Part shown: piece after piece, positions 26,625 to 35,128 of the stretch
Layout: every line of letters begins with the position of its first letter
Position numbering within the stretch: position 1 is the stretch's first letter
IMG/VR virus record: IMGVR_UViG_3300029839_000006
DNA from: a virus
Strand: one strand, 5' to 3'
Length of the DNA stretch: 38,491 nt
Made by a program: the position numbers and the translations under genes
Notes under the pieces: model-generated
What the model saw: only the letters and a program-made list of their open reading frames with translations
What the model was told of the DNA's origin: nothing
Databases searched by the model: none

Positions 26625-26836
26625 CAGGCCACCTCCGCTCGTATCTGGATAGGCCCCCGGTTCCACAGGTTGCGCGCGCCGTTGGCGTCCATCGGGTCGC
26701 CGTCTCCGCGCGCCCCGTACGCGGCGCAGTAAACGAACTGCCATATGCCGCCAATCGTGGAGTTGTACGCGGCATGTGCCAGATGTTCGGTGGTGCCGCA
26801 GCATGGGCAGCATTTGAGCGGGTCTCGGTCAATCAT
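26624..26836 (-). CDS. Lar-family restriction-alleviation-like protein (70 aa).
   Basis: LKCCPCCG…W.V.C..C…NLWNRG pattern matches Lar_restr_allev. Confidence 0.5.
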   Translation of the reverse strand: MIDRDPLKCCPCCGTTEHLAHAAYNSTIGGIWQFVYCAAYGARGDGDPMDANGARNLWNRGPIQIRAEVA

Positions 26837-27210
26837 CGGTGCCTCACAAACGTTATCTCTGCTACGTTGCGCCCTTGCATGATGGTGTATACGGTTGGGC
26901 TGCCTTTGTGCCCGCTCCGGTAAACCTCGATAAGCCCGGCGTCCTTGAGGCGGTCCACCGCCCTCTTTACGGCGGTTTCGCTGATGCGGAGCTCTTTGCT
27001 CATGCGCTCGCGGCTGTAGGAGGCGAAGGCGAGTATCTTGCCGTCCGTCTCGTTACCGAACTCGACGTGTTCGCAGAGGAGCATGAACACGGCCAACATT
27101 GTGCCGCCGAGATGCTTTCTCTTTGACAGTTCGAGTACCCAGTCGTGGAAGATGGTCGAATACGGAATTAGGCCGTCGGGATGCACGACAAACGGTTGTT
27201 TCCAGCTCAT
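26833..27210 (-). CDS. Winged-helix DNA-binding protein (125 aa).
   Basis: ATG at 27210. C-terminal …ISETAVKRAVDRLKDAGLIEVYRSG… HTH. The upstream part of the track ORF is shadow frame. Confidence 0.45.
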   Translation of the reverse strand: MSWKQPFVVHPDGLIPYSTIFHDWVLELSKRKHLGGTMLAVFMLLCEHVEFGNETDGKILAFASYSRERMSKELRISETAVKRAVDRLKDAGLIEVYRSGHKGSPTVYTIMQGRNVAEITFVRHR

Positions 27211-27740
27211 TCGTCCACCTCGAAGCCGTCGCCGAACCTCTCCGCCACCAGCACGCGCTTCAGGCTGTTGATGCGCTCGATTGCCTGCGCCGGGGTGTGG
27301 CCGTCCCATTCGGGCGCATGGTCGAGCACCCTGCATTGGAACAGGCCCCAGTGCTTGTCCTCGCGGAAGTGGTACGTCGCCTGCCCCTCCGGCGTCTCGA
27401 TACCGACGATGAACATACCCTCGAGCATCGTCCCGTCGGCGTGGAGCCTCGACTTCCACGCGCGCTCCGGGAACATGGTCACGATCACCGAGAACAGGAC
27501 GGCCCTATGGTGGTACAGCTCACCGAACGAATGGCACCCGTCGGAAGTGCCGGAGTCAATCTTTGCTGGCTCGATGAGGTCGGCGAGCGTGCACAGGATT
27601 CCCCGGTAGCTCCTGTCCTCGGCCTTGATTAGCCTCCCCAGCGCGCTCGGGGATATTTGCACGTTGCGGCAGTTGGCCGCGTCGCGCAGTCGCCGCGCGG
27701 TCTTGCGTCGGTCGTTGTTGCTTATCTTCGTATAACTCAT
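27207..27740 (-). CDS. Hypothetical protein (177 aa).
   Basis: ATG at 27740 with a GGGAGAGGA RBS. ATGA overlaps at both ends. Confidence 0.5.
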   Translation of the reverse strand: MSYTKISNNDRRKTARRLRDAANCRNVQISPSALGRLIKAEDRSYRGILCTLADLIEPAKIDSGTSDGCHSFGELYHHRAVLFSVIVTMFPERAWKSRLHADGTMLEGMFIVGIETPEGQATYHFREDKHWGLFQCRVLDHAPEWDGHTPAQAIERINSLKRVLVAERFGDGFEVDE

Positions 27741-28117
27741 TGGTCCTCTCCCATTAACTTACGGATGCGCGATTCGATGTCCCCGAACGCGATCTTCTTG
27801 CAAGCGAAGGAGCAGACGGCCTCGCATTGGTCGCAGTCGTTCTCGTCCCTCCCGAAGTAGGCGCACTCCGGGTGATGGACTCTGCTCGCGCCCCTTTTGA
27901 GGTCGGCCAGCAACTTCTCCCAGCTGTCATCCCGGTCGAGCAGGAGTTCGGAGACGCCGCGCGACCCCTCATCCGTTTCGACGTACCAAGCCTTGTCGCG
28001 CGGGTCGTAGTCGTAGTGGTAGATGAACACCGCCGCGCCGCTCTTCTTGTAGAGCGTCCCGGTGTCCAGTGGAATGGCGCGCCCGTAGGCATCTTTTGGC
28101 AACTCTACGCAAGCCAC
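27737..28117 (-). CDS. Hypothetical Cys-containing protein (126 aa).
   Basis: GTG start. Plausible composition. Confidence 0.4.
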   Translation of the reverse strand: MACVELPKDAYGRAIPLDTGTLYKKSGAAVFIYHYDYDPRDKAWYVETDEGSRGVSELLLDRDDSWEKLLADLKRGASRVHHPECAYFGRDENDCDQCEAVCSFACKKIAFGDIESRIRKLMGEDQ

Positions 28118-28380
28118 GGGGCATCAATCCTTCCCCTGTCCCTGTTGCGCTTGAGGCAGCGCAGCATCGCGTTGTCCACGTCCTGCTGCGTGAGGCCCAT
28201 CCACGCCATCATGTTGGCGCACGCCTGGATGCAGTCGGCCAGCTCGTCGACCACGTCCTCGTCGCAGCGGTTCTGCCACGCGCCGAACACCTCGGCGGCC
28301 TCCTCAAGCGGCTTCAGCGCCTTGGCCTTCGGCTCGTCGCCGATGTCGAACGTCTGCGTGCAGATCGAATAGCAGGTCAT
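28105..28380 (-). CDS. MazG-like nucleotide pyrophosphohydrolase (91 aa).
   Basis: ATG at 28380 with a GGAGGA RBS. All-alpha pattern …EEAAEVFGAW…ELADCIQACANMMAWMGL… typical of small MazG-family proteins. Confidence 0.45.
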   Translation of the reverse strand: MTCYSICTQTFDIGDEPKAKALKPLEEAAEVFGAWQNRCDEDVVDELADCIQACANMMAWMGLTQQDVDNAMLRCLKRNRDRGRIDAPWLA

Positions 28381-28589
28381 TAGTCCTCCTCGGTCTCGTA
28401 GCTTGCGTCGGTCCAGTAGTTGCAGTGGGCCTCGCCCTGGGTGCGGTGGATGAACTCGGGCCTGCGCATGCACTCGTACTCGATGCGCTCGGTCCCGTAG
28501 ACGCTGCGGAACACGGTCGTCCTGGCATGACCGCAGTTCGCGCAGCGCTCCGGCCTCACCCCGTCGCTGTAGATGTCCGGCCTATCCAT
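28380..28589 (-). CDS. Small zinc-ribbon protein (69 aa).
   Basis: CANCGH…C..W. ATG at 28589 overlaps the upstream stop (ATGA). Confidence 0.4.
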   Translation of the reverse strand: MDRPDIYSDGVRPERCANCGHARTTVFRSVYGTERIEYECMRRPEFIHRTQGEAHCNYWTDASYETEED

Positions 28590-28888
28590 CAGTTGGTCAC
28601 CTCCGCCCCGCACTGCTCGCAGTAGTTCAGGCCGCCCGTTGGTTCGGTCCTGCCATCGTGGCCGCAGGCGAAGCAGTGGTATCGGCCGTCGGGCGCAACC
28701 TGCACCTGCGTCGTCGGGCGGTATGCCAGCTCGGCCATACGGCGCATGACCCCGCGCCAGCTCGTGTCCTCCGCCCCGGTGATTCTGGCCAGCGCGCGCT
28801 GGAGGCTCTCGCCGCCCAGGCTGTCGTTAGCCGTTCGGTTCAGCTCCTCGACGATGCGGAGGCGCTCCTCCGCGATGATCTCGTTCAT
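28589..28888 (-). CDS. Hypothetical protein with a C-terminal zinc ribbon (99 aa).
   Basis: Strong AAGGAGAGGA RBS. CFACGH…CEQCG. Confidence 0.5.
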   Translation of the reverse strand: MNEIIAEERLRIVEELNRTANDSLGGESLQRALARITGAEDTSWRGVMRRMAELAYRPTTQVQVAPDGRYHCFACGHDGRTEPTGGLNYCEQCGAEVTN

Positions 28889-29004
28889 TTCTTCCTCTCC
28901 TTAATCCAGTCGTATGCGATGAGCGGGAGGCACGCCAAAAGCAGCGGGATGCTAAGCAGCAGCGCTGCGGCCCTTATGGCGTCCTCCCCGGTCGGTTTCC
29001 TCAT
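28885..29004 (-). CDS. Small single-TM membrane protein (39 aa).
   Basis: MRKPTGEDAIRAAALLLSIPLLLACLPLIAYDWIKERKK. ATGA overlaps at both ends. Confidence 0.35.
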   Translation of the reverse strand: MRKPTGEDAIRAAALLLSIPLLLACLPLIAYDWIKERKK

Positions 29005-29393
29005 TCCATCCAGCTCCCTGGCCTCTTCCGGCCGTAGTCCCAGCTTCTCAATCTGAACACCTGCCCCATCGGCAGGCCGTGGGTCGCCGCCCAGCATCGG
29101 TCCCACACCGTGTGGACCTTCACATCAGGGTCGAACACGCCTATCTGCCGTGGGCTGGTGCACCGGAGCGGCTCGTGGCACATCTTCCCGTCGCGGAAGT
29201 CGACCAGCGCCTTGCAGCGGTCGAAAGCCTCGACGGTGCCGAAGTCCCGGTACAGCTCGCGGACCTCGCCCTCTATCTCGCCCCTGACGCACCCGTGCAC
29301 GTCGCACATCCACTCGAGGGTGTCCTCGACGTGGTCGCGGGGAGGCGCGGGGAAGAGGTCGAGGGCCGTCTGCCCCGCGCACGCCCTATTCAT
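29001..29393 (-). CDS. Hypothetical protein (130 aa).
   Basis: Plausible composition, Cys/His-containing. Confidence 0.45.
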   Translation of the reverse strand: MNRACAGQTALDLFPAPPRDHVEDTLEWMCDVHGCVRGEIEGEVRELYRDFGTVEAFDRCKALVDFRDGKMCHEPLRCTSPRQIGVFDPDVKVHTVWDRCWAATHGLPMGQVFRLRSWDYGRKRPGSWME

Positions 29394-29565
29394 GGACGAT
29401 GCGGTAGAAGGTCGGCAGGCAGTCCGGCGGGGTCACGGCGTTGGCGCGGATGAACTCCATGCACTTCTCGAAGCTCCCCGCGCAGACGTCGTAGAAGGCA
29501 CCGCTCGACGGCCTCGGCCTGCCGCCGTCGCTCTTGTCGAACACGACAGCCTCTACTCGGTACAT
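29386..29565 (-). CDS. Small hypothetical protein (59 aa: MYRVEAVVFDKSDGGRPRPSSGAFYDVCAGSFEKCMEFIRANAVTPPDCLPTFYRIVHE), not in the track.
   Basis: Fills the gap 29394-29552. Overlaps both neighbours by 8-13 nt in typical phage fashion. Confidence 0.4.
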   Translation of the reverse strand: MYRVEAVVFDKSDGGRPRPSSGAFYDVCAGSFEKCMEFIRANAVTPPDCLPTFYRIVHE

Positions 29566-29957
29566 TTGGCCACCTGCTCGTCATAGATGGCCTTGAGGTC
29601 GTCGCGCATGAATCTGATGAGCGTCTCCTCGCTGATGTCGTCCGGCAGCGCCTTCAGGCGCACTGCCTCGTGGCACCACTCGTCGAAGCCGAGCAGCTTG
29701 CCGCTGAACGCGCTCTTGACGTCCGTGACATCGGCATAGGAGAAGCGGGTCAGCATCTCCTCGCGCATGACCTCGTCGGCCAGCGCCTCGATGGGCGTCT
29801 TGGGGCGGTCGATGGTCTCCTTGTAGCTCTTGGCCCTCTTGGTCATGGCGTCGAGCTGCTTGGCCAGCTTGTTGTTCTCGGCCACGAGGCGCTCGTTGCG
29901 GCGCTGCTCGTAGTCCAGCTCGGCGAGCACATACTGCTCGCAGTTGGTGATTTCCAT
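29553..29957 (-). CDS. Hypothetical protein (134 aa) with an N-terminal coiled coil.
   Basis: ATG at 29957 with a GGAGGG RBS. The upstream 167 aa of the track ORF is Arg-rich shadow frame. Confidence 0.5.
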   Translation of the reverse strand: MEITNCEQYVLAELDYEQRRNERLVAENNKLAKQLDAMTKRAKSYKETIDRPKTPIEALADEVMREEMLTRFSYADVTDVKSAFSGKLLGFDEWCHEAVRLKALPDDISEETLIRFMRDDLKAIYDEQVAKCTE

Positions 29958-29959
29958 GT

Positions 29960-30412
29960 CTAACCCTCCGTTATCTCGATTGTTCGTCCGGTCTTGGTGT
30001 CCGCTATCGCCCAGTGTCCGTAGGCGTAGAGCGCGGGGTCGTGCGGTTCGTGCTCGCACAGCAGCGTGCCGTCCCACCACGCCTCCTCGAACTCCGGCTC
30101 GTCCCACACCCACTCGGGCCTGTATCTCGCCCCGCCGTGGAACCCGTCGTGGCATCCCGTGGTGCCGCTCCCGCACAGGGCGATCAGCGGCGAGCGGAGC
30201 CGCCACGTGCCCCTGGGCGTGACGAGGGCGAAGTCCCCGCAGCGCCTCGGCACGATATGGTGGCAGTTCGTGGCCTGCCGCCCGCAGATTCCGCAGCGCT
30301 CGGCGGTCAGCTCGTAGCGGTTGCCCACATAGCGCGCGCCGACGTGGGGCTTGCCGTAGAGCTCCGCGCGGTCCTTCGGGACTCCACGGAGCTGCGATGC
30401 GCTCACTATCAT
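29960..30412 (-). CDS. HNH (His-Me finger) nuclease-like protein (150 aa).
   Basis: CGICGRQATNCHHIVPRRCGDF…GCHDGFHGG. ATG at 30412 overlaps the upstream stop (ATGA). Confidence 0.55.
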   Translation of the reverse strand: MIVSASQLRGVPKDRAELYGKPHVGARYVGNRYELTAERCGICGRQATNCHHIVPRRCGDFALVTPRGTWRLRSPLIALCGSGTTGCHDGFHGGARYRPEWVWDEPEFEEAWWDGTLLCEHEPHDPALYAYGHWAIADTKTGRTIEITEG

Positions 30413-30993
30413 CCGAGCCTCCTGTCCTGCCCCTTGACCTCGATGGGCCTGCACGCACCGGCGAGGCGCGATGCCACGCGCTTTCCGGCCATGCCCCCCC
30501 AGAGGTCCCTGATCTGCCCGATGCGGTAGTTGCTCGTGACGATGATGGGCAGGCCCTCGGCCACTCGTGTGTCGATGAGGCGCGTCAGCGTCTCGATGGC
30601 CCACTCGGTCGGGCGCTCGGCCCCGAGGTCGTCCAGGGCGAGGAGCCTGTACCGCTCGGCCCTGCGGAGCGCCCCGCGCTCGCCGCCGTCGTACTCGGAG
30701 CGGATGTCGTCGAGCAGGCGGCTCGTGGTGACCAGCTTGGCACTGGTCCCGTCCAGCACCGCCAGGCGGACGGCGCAGGCGGCGGCGTAGGTCTTGCCCG
30801 TGCCCGGCTCGCCCCAGAGGTATGCGCCCTCGCCCTTCCCGGCGAGCTTGGCCATGCGCTTGCCGAGGTCGCAGTCGGCCTCGGCGTAGGGGCCGCGAAG
30901 CCCGGCCTTGCGGAGGCGGGAGCGCATGATTGCGGCGATCTGCTCGCGCGCCCCGTCGGGCATGAGCACGTCAGAGATTTGAGTACGCATCAT
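30409..30993 (-). CDS. DnaC/IstB-like AAA+ helicase loader (194 aa).
   Basis: Walker A LWGEPGTGKTY and Walker B LLALDDLG. Confidence 0.75.
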   Translation of the reverse strand: MMRTQISDVLMPDGAREQIAAIMRSRLRKAGLRGPYAEADCDLGKRMAKLAGKGEGAYLWGEPGTGKTYAAACAVRLAVLDGTSAKLVTTSRLLDDIRSEYDGGERGALRRAERYRLLALDDLGAERPTEWAIETLTRLIDTRVAEGLPIIVTSNYRIGQIRDLWGGMAGKRVASRLAGACRPIEVKGQDRRLG

Positions 30994-31576
30994 GGCCTGC
31001 CTCCTTCTTCGCCTCGCGCTGCTGCCACGTGGAGCACGCGGCCTTCCAGTTCCTCATCGGCTTGCTGCCGACCTTCCACCCGACTGCCTCGTAGTAGCTC
31101 CAGAACGCCTCGGGGTTGAACGTGTAGCCCTTGTCCGAGACGTACTCCTCGACTTCCGCGAGCGCGGGTTTGACGAACCTCTTACTAACTGCTTTGCCTT
31201 GCCTTGCCTTGCCTTGCCTTGCTTTGGCTTCGGCGCTGTCCCCGTCACCCTTTTGGCTGTCCGAAAGGGGTTCGTCGTTTCCTTCCGGCTCGTCGTTTTG
31301 GGTTTCGGCTTCGCTAAAGGGGGGTTTAGTACCGTCTAAAGGGGGCTTTCTGTTACCTCGTCCACCCGTTTTGCCTGCCGCGATACACCGTTTCGAGTAG
31401 TCGATGTCCTCGCGGACGCTGGCGAAGATGGCATCGAGCGGCCACTCCAGCTCCGGCTCGATGCCGTAGGTGCCGTACTGGGCCAAGGCCCAGAGGAGCT
31501 TTCCTCGCTGCTCCTCCGGTGCCTTGGCGCAGGCTGCGGTGAACTTGGGAAGCCACTTGAATTGGGCCTCCTCCAT
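30971..31576 (-). CDS. Replisome organizer / replication initiator-like protein (201 aa).
   Basis: Upstream of the DnaC-like gene. C-terminal …FVKPALAEVEEYVSDKGYTFNPEAFWSYYEAVGWKVG… resembles phage replisome-organizer C-domains. Contains an internal pentanucleotide repeat. Confidence 0.5.
   Translation of the reverse strand: MEEAQFKWLPKFTAACAKAPEEQRGKLLWALAQYGTYGIEPELEWPLDAIFASVREDIDYSKRCIAAGKTGGRGNRKPPLDGTKPPFSEAETQNDEPEGNDEPLSDSQKGDGDSAEAKARQGKARQGKAVSKRFVKPALAEVEEYVSDKGYTFNPEAFWSYYEAVGWKVGSKPMRNWKAACSTWQQREAKKEAGHDAYSNL
31191..31225. repeat. Pentanucleotide tandem repeat (GCCTT)x5 flanked by two GCTTT units, inside the replisome organizer gene.
   Basis: Seen directly: gctttgccttgccttgccttgccttgccttgcttt. 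Encodes AKARQGKARQGKA. Confidence 0.85.
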
Positions 31577-31577
31577 G

Positions 31578-31898
31578 TCAGCGCTCCCAGGTGAAGGCGG
31601 CCTTGGCCGCGTTGAAGGTCAGGGTGGCCTCGCTGCCCACGATCACATCGAGCACGTCGAAGCTGATGGCCTCGACCTCGGGATGGTCGGCGGCGAAGCA
31701 CATGGCCACGCGCTGCAGGCGCTTCTTGTTGACCTTCGGCTCGGCGTCGTTGCCGCGCGAGCGCTTGACCTTCGCCTCGACCAGGAGCGCCTGCCCGTTG
31801 GTGACCGTGTAGACGCACTGGCCCTCGGTGCACCCGTAGCCGTGCGCGCCGGGAATGTAGACCTCGAGCGCGAGGTCGAGAATCGAATACTGCTCCAT
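31578..31898 (-). CDS. PD-(D/E)xK family nuclease (VRR-NUC / resolvase-like), 106 aa.
   Basis: ILDLALEVY…LLVEAKVK (D…ExK arrangement). ATG at 31898 with an AAGGAG RBS. Confidence 0.45.
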   Translation of the reverse strand: MEQYSILDLALEVYIPGAHGYGCTEGQCVYTVTNGQALLVEAKVKRSRGNDAEPKVNKKRLQRVAMCFAADHPEVEAISFDVLDVIVGSEATLTFNAAKAAFTWER

Positions 31899-31907
31899 CT
31901 TCACTCC

Positions 31908-32285
31908 TTAGAACGGGCAATCGTCGTCGTAGACCTCGTCGGGCACGTCGTCGCGCTTGGCCCCGCCGGAGAACGTGACGTTGTCCGCGATCACCTCGAG
32001 GCGGCTGTGCTTCTGGCCGTCCTTCTCCCACTTGCTCTGGCGCAGCCTGCCCTGCACGCATACGTGCGTGCCCTTGGACAGGTAGCGGTTGAGCGCCTCG
32101 GCGCGCTTGCCGAATACGGTGACGTCGACCCAGTTGGGCACGTCCTGCCACTCGTCGCCGACCTTGCGGCGCTCGTTGACGCACACCGAGAACCGGAGCA
32201 CCTGCGTGCCCGTCTGCGTGGCCCTCAGCTCGGGGTCGCACCCGAGGTTGCCGCTGATGGCGACCGTGTTGATTCCGCTGCTCAC
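31908..32285 (-). CDS. ssb: Single-stranded DNA-binding protein (125 aa).
   Basis: OB-fold pattern NTVAISGNLG…RFSVCVN…VTVFGKRAE…VCVQGRLRQSKWE with an acidic C-terminal tail DDDCPF. GTG start with an AAGGAG RBS. Confidence 0.8.
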   Translation of the reverse strand: MSSGINTVAISGNLGCDPELRATQTGTQVLRFSVCVNERRKVGDEWQDVPNWVDVTVFGKRAEALNRYLSKGTHVCVQGRLRQSKWEKDGQKHSRLEVIADNVTFSGGAKRDDVPDEVYDDDCPF

Positions 32286-32956
32286 TAGTCAATCTCCTTA
32301 CTGTCTCTGGCCATCTGGGCCAGATGCTTGCCGAGTTCCTCGAGCTGCCCGTCGGTGAGCTTGGCCGTGTCGTCGGTGCCGAAGTTGGCCTTCTCGTACG
32401 CGCGGAGGCCCTCCTCCTTGACGCCGTTCTGGATGCACTCGGCCTTGAGCTTCGCTATCTTGGCGAGCATCACCTTGCGCTTGCTCGGTCTGGGTTTCGT
32501 CGGGGCCTTCTCCTTCGTCTCCTTGGGGCCTGTGTCGCCGTCGGTGTCCTCCTCTCCCACGAGGCCGAAGGCCATGAGCGCGGAGTAGCGGCGGGCGTAG
32601 GTCTCGCGCTTGCCGAAAACCTGCGGGTCGCTGTCGTACTCGTACGGCTTCACGTCGAGCACGCGCTCCTCGCCGCCGAAGGCCACGATGGTGTTCAGGA
32701 GCATGCCCGCGCCGTTGGCGGCGACCTCGGAGCGCTGGTAGAAGAAGATTCCGCGCTTGTTCAGCGGCGGCCTGATGATGTTCAGGACCAAGTCAAGCGG
32801 GGCGTACGAGTACGTCTGGTATCCCTTCTGGCCCGTCTTGCTCTTGGGCGGGTTGACCATCTCGGCCTGCGCCTCCGCGAGCAGCTGGGTGAGCATCGCG
32901 GACGGGTCGAACACATCCGGTTTCGCCATCTGGACCATGGGCACCTCCTCGGCCAT
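32285..32956 (-). CDS. erf: ERF-family single-strand annealing protein (223 aa).
   Basis: …KGYQTYSYAPLDLVLNIIRPPL… ERF signature. Lies upstream of ssb. Confidence 0.7.
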   Translation of the reverse strand: MAEEVPMVQMAKPDVFDPSAMLTQLLAEAQAEMVNPPKSKTGQKGYQTYSYAPLDLVLNIIRPPLNKRGIFFYQRSEVAANGAGMLLNTIVAFGGEERVLDVKPYEYDSDPQVFGKRETYARRYSALMAFGLVGEEDTDGDTGPKETKEKAPTKPRPSKRKVMLAKIAKLKAECIQNGVKEEGLRAYEKANFGTDDTAKLTDGQLEELGKHLAQMARDSKEID

Positions 32957-33438
32957 CACAGCTCACCGTCCCCGAGCAGGGCGGCCGCGCTCATTCCCTC
33001 GACGCGCGGGCCGAGCGCCTGCATGACGTCCTCGGGGGCGCAGCCGCGCACCGCTGCGGTCTTGGGCGACTTGGGGCACCACATGGCCCAGTCGACCGTC
33101 TCGCCCGTGTCGGTGCACACGACCTTGTCACCGGCCTTTGCGAAGTGGGCCTCCCATCCCTTCTTGGGCACGATGTCCACCATGCCGATGGAGTCGAGGA
33201 AGGCAACGGCCTCGTCCATGCGCTCCTTGAGGATTACCGGGGCGGCCTTGCTGTAGCTGATGCCGATCTCGCCGACCTTCTCCTCGCCGACGAGGATGGC
33301 GCGGCGGTCGGTATGGGTCTCGGCGAAGCCGTCCATGATCTCCTGCCGCGCGATGGCCTTGGCCTCGTCGAGCGCGGGCTTGATCTGCTTCTGCATGGCC
33401 GTGAGCACGGCCAGCCTCTCGTCCTGCGTGTACTCCAT
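32956..33438 (-). CDS. Hypothetical protein (160 aa), recombination-module associated.
   Basis: TAATG/ATGA-coupled to its neighbours. Plausible composition. Confidence 0.45.
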   Translation of the reverse strand: MEYTQDERLAVLTAMQKQIKPALDEAKAIARQEIMDGFAETHTDRRAILVGEEKVGEIGISYSKAAPVILKERMDEAVAFLDSIGMVDIVPKKGWEAHFAKAGDKVVCTDTGETVDWAMWCPKSPKTAAVRGCAPEDVMQALGPRVEGMSAAALLGDGEL

Positions 33439-33734
33439 TACTCACCGTCTCCAATCATTCGCGCCTTGTCCGTGGTTACCTCGTAGACCTCGCCCGTCTC
33501 CGCGTCCACGTTCGCGGGTCGGTCGAACGGGAGCGGCTCGCCCTCGTCCTCCTCGTCGTAGTCGAGCGGCAGCTCGTCCTGGATGTCGGCCACCGTCAGG
33601 ACGACGGGCTTGCCGGAGAGCTTGAGGATGGGGAAGGCGTTGGCGTCGCTCGTCAGAATCTCGAGCTGCAGCACGGCCGTGCCGCCCTTGACCGTCGCCT
33701 GCTTGAAGTTGGCCCTGATCTCCATAGGTTCCAT
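33438..33734 (-). CDS. Hypothetical acidic protein (98 aa).
   Basis: Strong AGGAGG RBS. Confidence 0.5.
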   Translation of the reverse strand: MEPMEIRANFKQATVKGGTAVLQLEILTSDANAFPILKLSGKPVVLTVADIQDELPLDYDEEDEGEPLPFDRPANVDAETGEVYEVTTDKARMIGDGE

Positions 33735-33743
33735 GCGCGCCTC

Positions 33744-34064
33744 CTATTTGATGCCGAAAATGGCGGCCATGAACTCGCGGCGCATCTCGCGCTCGTTCTC
33801 CTTGGTGATAGGTGTGATTACCTTGGTGACGAACTCGCGGCTCTCGGCCACGTCCTTCTCGTCGAGCTCCGCGAGCCCGGCCTCGCACAGCGCGATCATC
33901 ATGTGGTAGGCGTTGGCGCTCTTCACGCCGCCGGTATGGTCGGGGTGGGCCGCATCGAACATGAGGTTGCTAGCGATGCAGGTGGCGTGCTCGAGCACCT
34001 TCTTGTGGAAGTGGTCCGCCGGGAGTTCCTCGAAGAGGTTGGCGTCGAAATACTTGTCGCTCAT
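33744..34064 (-). CDS. Hypothetical protein (106 aa).
   Basis: ATG at 34064 with an AAGGAG RBS, ATGA-coupled to rusA. The upstream part of the track ORF is shadow frame. Confidence 0.45.
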   Translation of the reverse strand: MSDKYFDANLFEELPADHFHKKVLEHATCIASNLMFDAAHPDHTGGVKSANAYHMMIALCEAGLAELDEKDVAESREFVTKVITPITKENEREMRREFMAAIFGIK

Positions 34065-34492
34065 TTCTTTTTCTCCTTTATGTATTCCTCGGTGAAGTGG
34101 GTGATGCACACCTTTGCCAGCGGCGGCGTGCCGTATGGCGTGCGGCATCCCTTCTGGACGCCACCCATCACCACGTGGGCGTCGTCCGTGTACGCGACGC
34201 CGTTGAGCGCGTCGCATACGAGCTTGCCGATGTTGTCCCAGTCGGGCTTGCCGAGGTCGGCGCGGCCCGCCCAGTACTTCGGGTTGCTCTTGGCCAGTGG
34301 CCTGAAGGTCTCGATGGCGACGGTCACGATTCCGTCGAAGTCACCGTGGTCCTCGTGCTCGGCCCTGTAGGCCTTGCGTACGGCCTCCTCGGCGAGCCTC
34401 GTCTGCTTCGGGGTGTAGTTGCGTCCGGTTCGCGGGTCGGTCCGGTGGCGCTCCTTGCCCACGATCTTCTCCAGCTCGAGCTGGAAGGTCAT
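34061..34492 (-). CDS. rusA: RusA-family Holliday junction resolvase (143 aa; start alternatives 34492 or 34522).
   Basis: …DWDNIGKLVCDALNGVAYTDDAHVV… RusA catalytic region. ATG at 34492 with an AAGGAG RBS. Confidence 0.7.
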   Translation of the reverse strand: MTFQLELEKIVGKERHRTDPRTGRNYTPKQTRLAEEAVRKAYRAEHEDHGDFDGIVTVAIETFRPLAKSNPKYWAGRADLGKPDWDNIGKLVCDALNGVAYTDDAHVVMGGVQKGCRTPYGTPPLAKVCITHFTEEYIKEKKK

Positions 34493-34518
34493 GGAGCGCT
34501 CCTTGTGCCTGACCCAGT

Positions 34519-34854
34519 TCATGCCGTGAACCCGTCGGACTGGCTGCGGTGCTTGTTGAAGGCGTCCTTGATGCTGGGGTAGCGCGCCTCCATGATTCGG
34601 GCGAAGGACGGCGCGAGGCCGTTGCGCACGCCCACGTGCAGCTCGTTGCGGACCATGTTCACGAGGTAGTTCGCGCTCACGTAGCCCTTCTTGGAGAGCC
34701 TCACGGCGTTCTCGACCATGTAATTCCATGCGCCGGGGTTCTCGTCAATCCAGCGGCGCGCGTCCTCGGCATCCGCCTCGCCCTTGGCCCCGAGGCCGAA
34801 TATCTCGAGCTGGCCGCTCTGGGGCTTGGGGTTGTACCGCTCGTCGTTACGCAT
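34519..34854 (-). CDS. Hypothetical protein (111 aa).
   Basis: Plausible composition. Confidence 0.45.
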   Translation of the reverse strand: MRNDERYNPKPQSGQLEIFGLGAKGEADAEDARRWIDENPGAWNYMVENAVRLSKKGYVSANYLVNMVRNELHVGVRNGLAPSFARIMEARYPSIKDAFNKHRSQSDGFTA

Positions 34855-35128
34855 GGACGCCCACCGCCTCGTATGCGGCCTGCGCGCTGTGCACCGCGCC
34901 GTCCATGGTCGGGATAATCCAGAGCCACAGCAGCGCGCACATGGCGAGCGCCGTCACGGTGATGCCGACCAGAAGCCCGGCCCTGAAGGCGTCCTTCTGC
35001 CTGTCGGCCTGCTCCTGCGCTGGCAGGCGGTATCCCTCGCGTGCTACGATGCGGGGAGTCCTGTTGGACGTGCGGGCGCTCTTGGTGTGGTTGCTGGGGG
35101 TGCCCGCGTATCTGTTTTGAGGGGTCAT
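34847..35128 (-). CDS. Membrane protein (93 aa) with a C-terminal TM helix.
   Basis: GGAGG RBS. LLVGITVTALAMCALLWLWIIP. Confidence 0.45.
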   Translation of the reverse strand: MTPQNRYAGTPSNHTKSARTSNRTPRIVAREGYRLPAQEQADRQKDAFRAGLLVGITVTALAMCALLWLWIIPTMDGAVHSAQAAYEAVGVHA

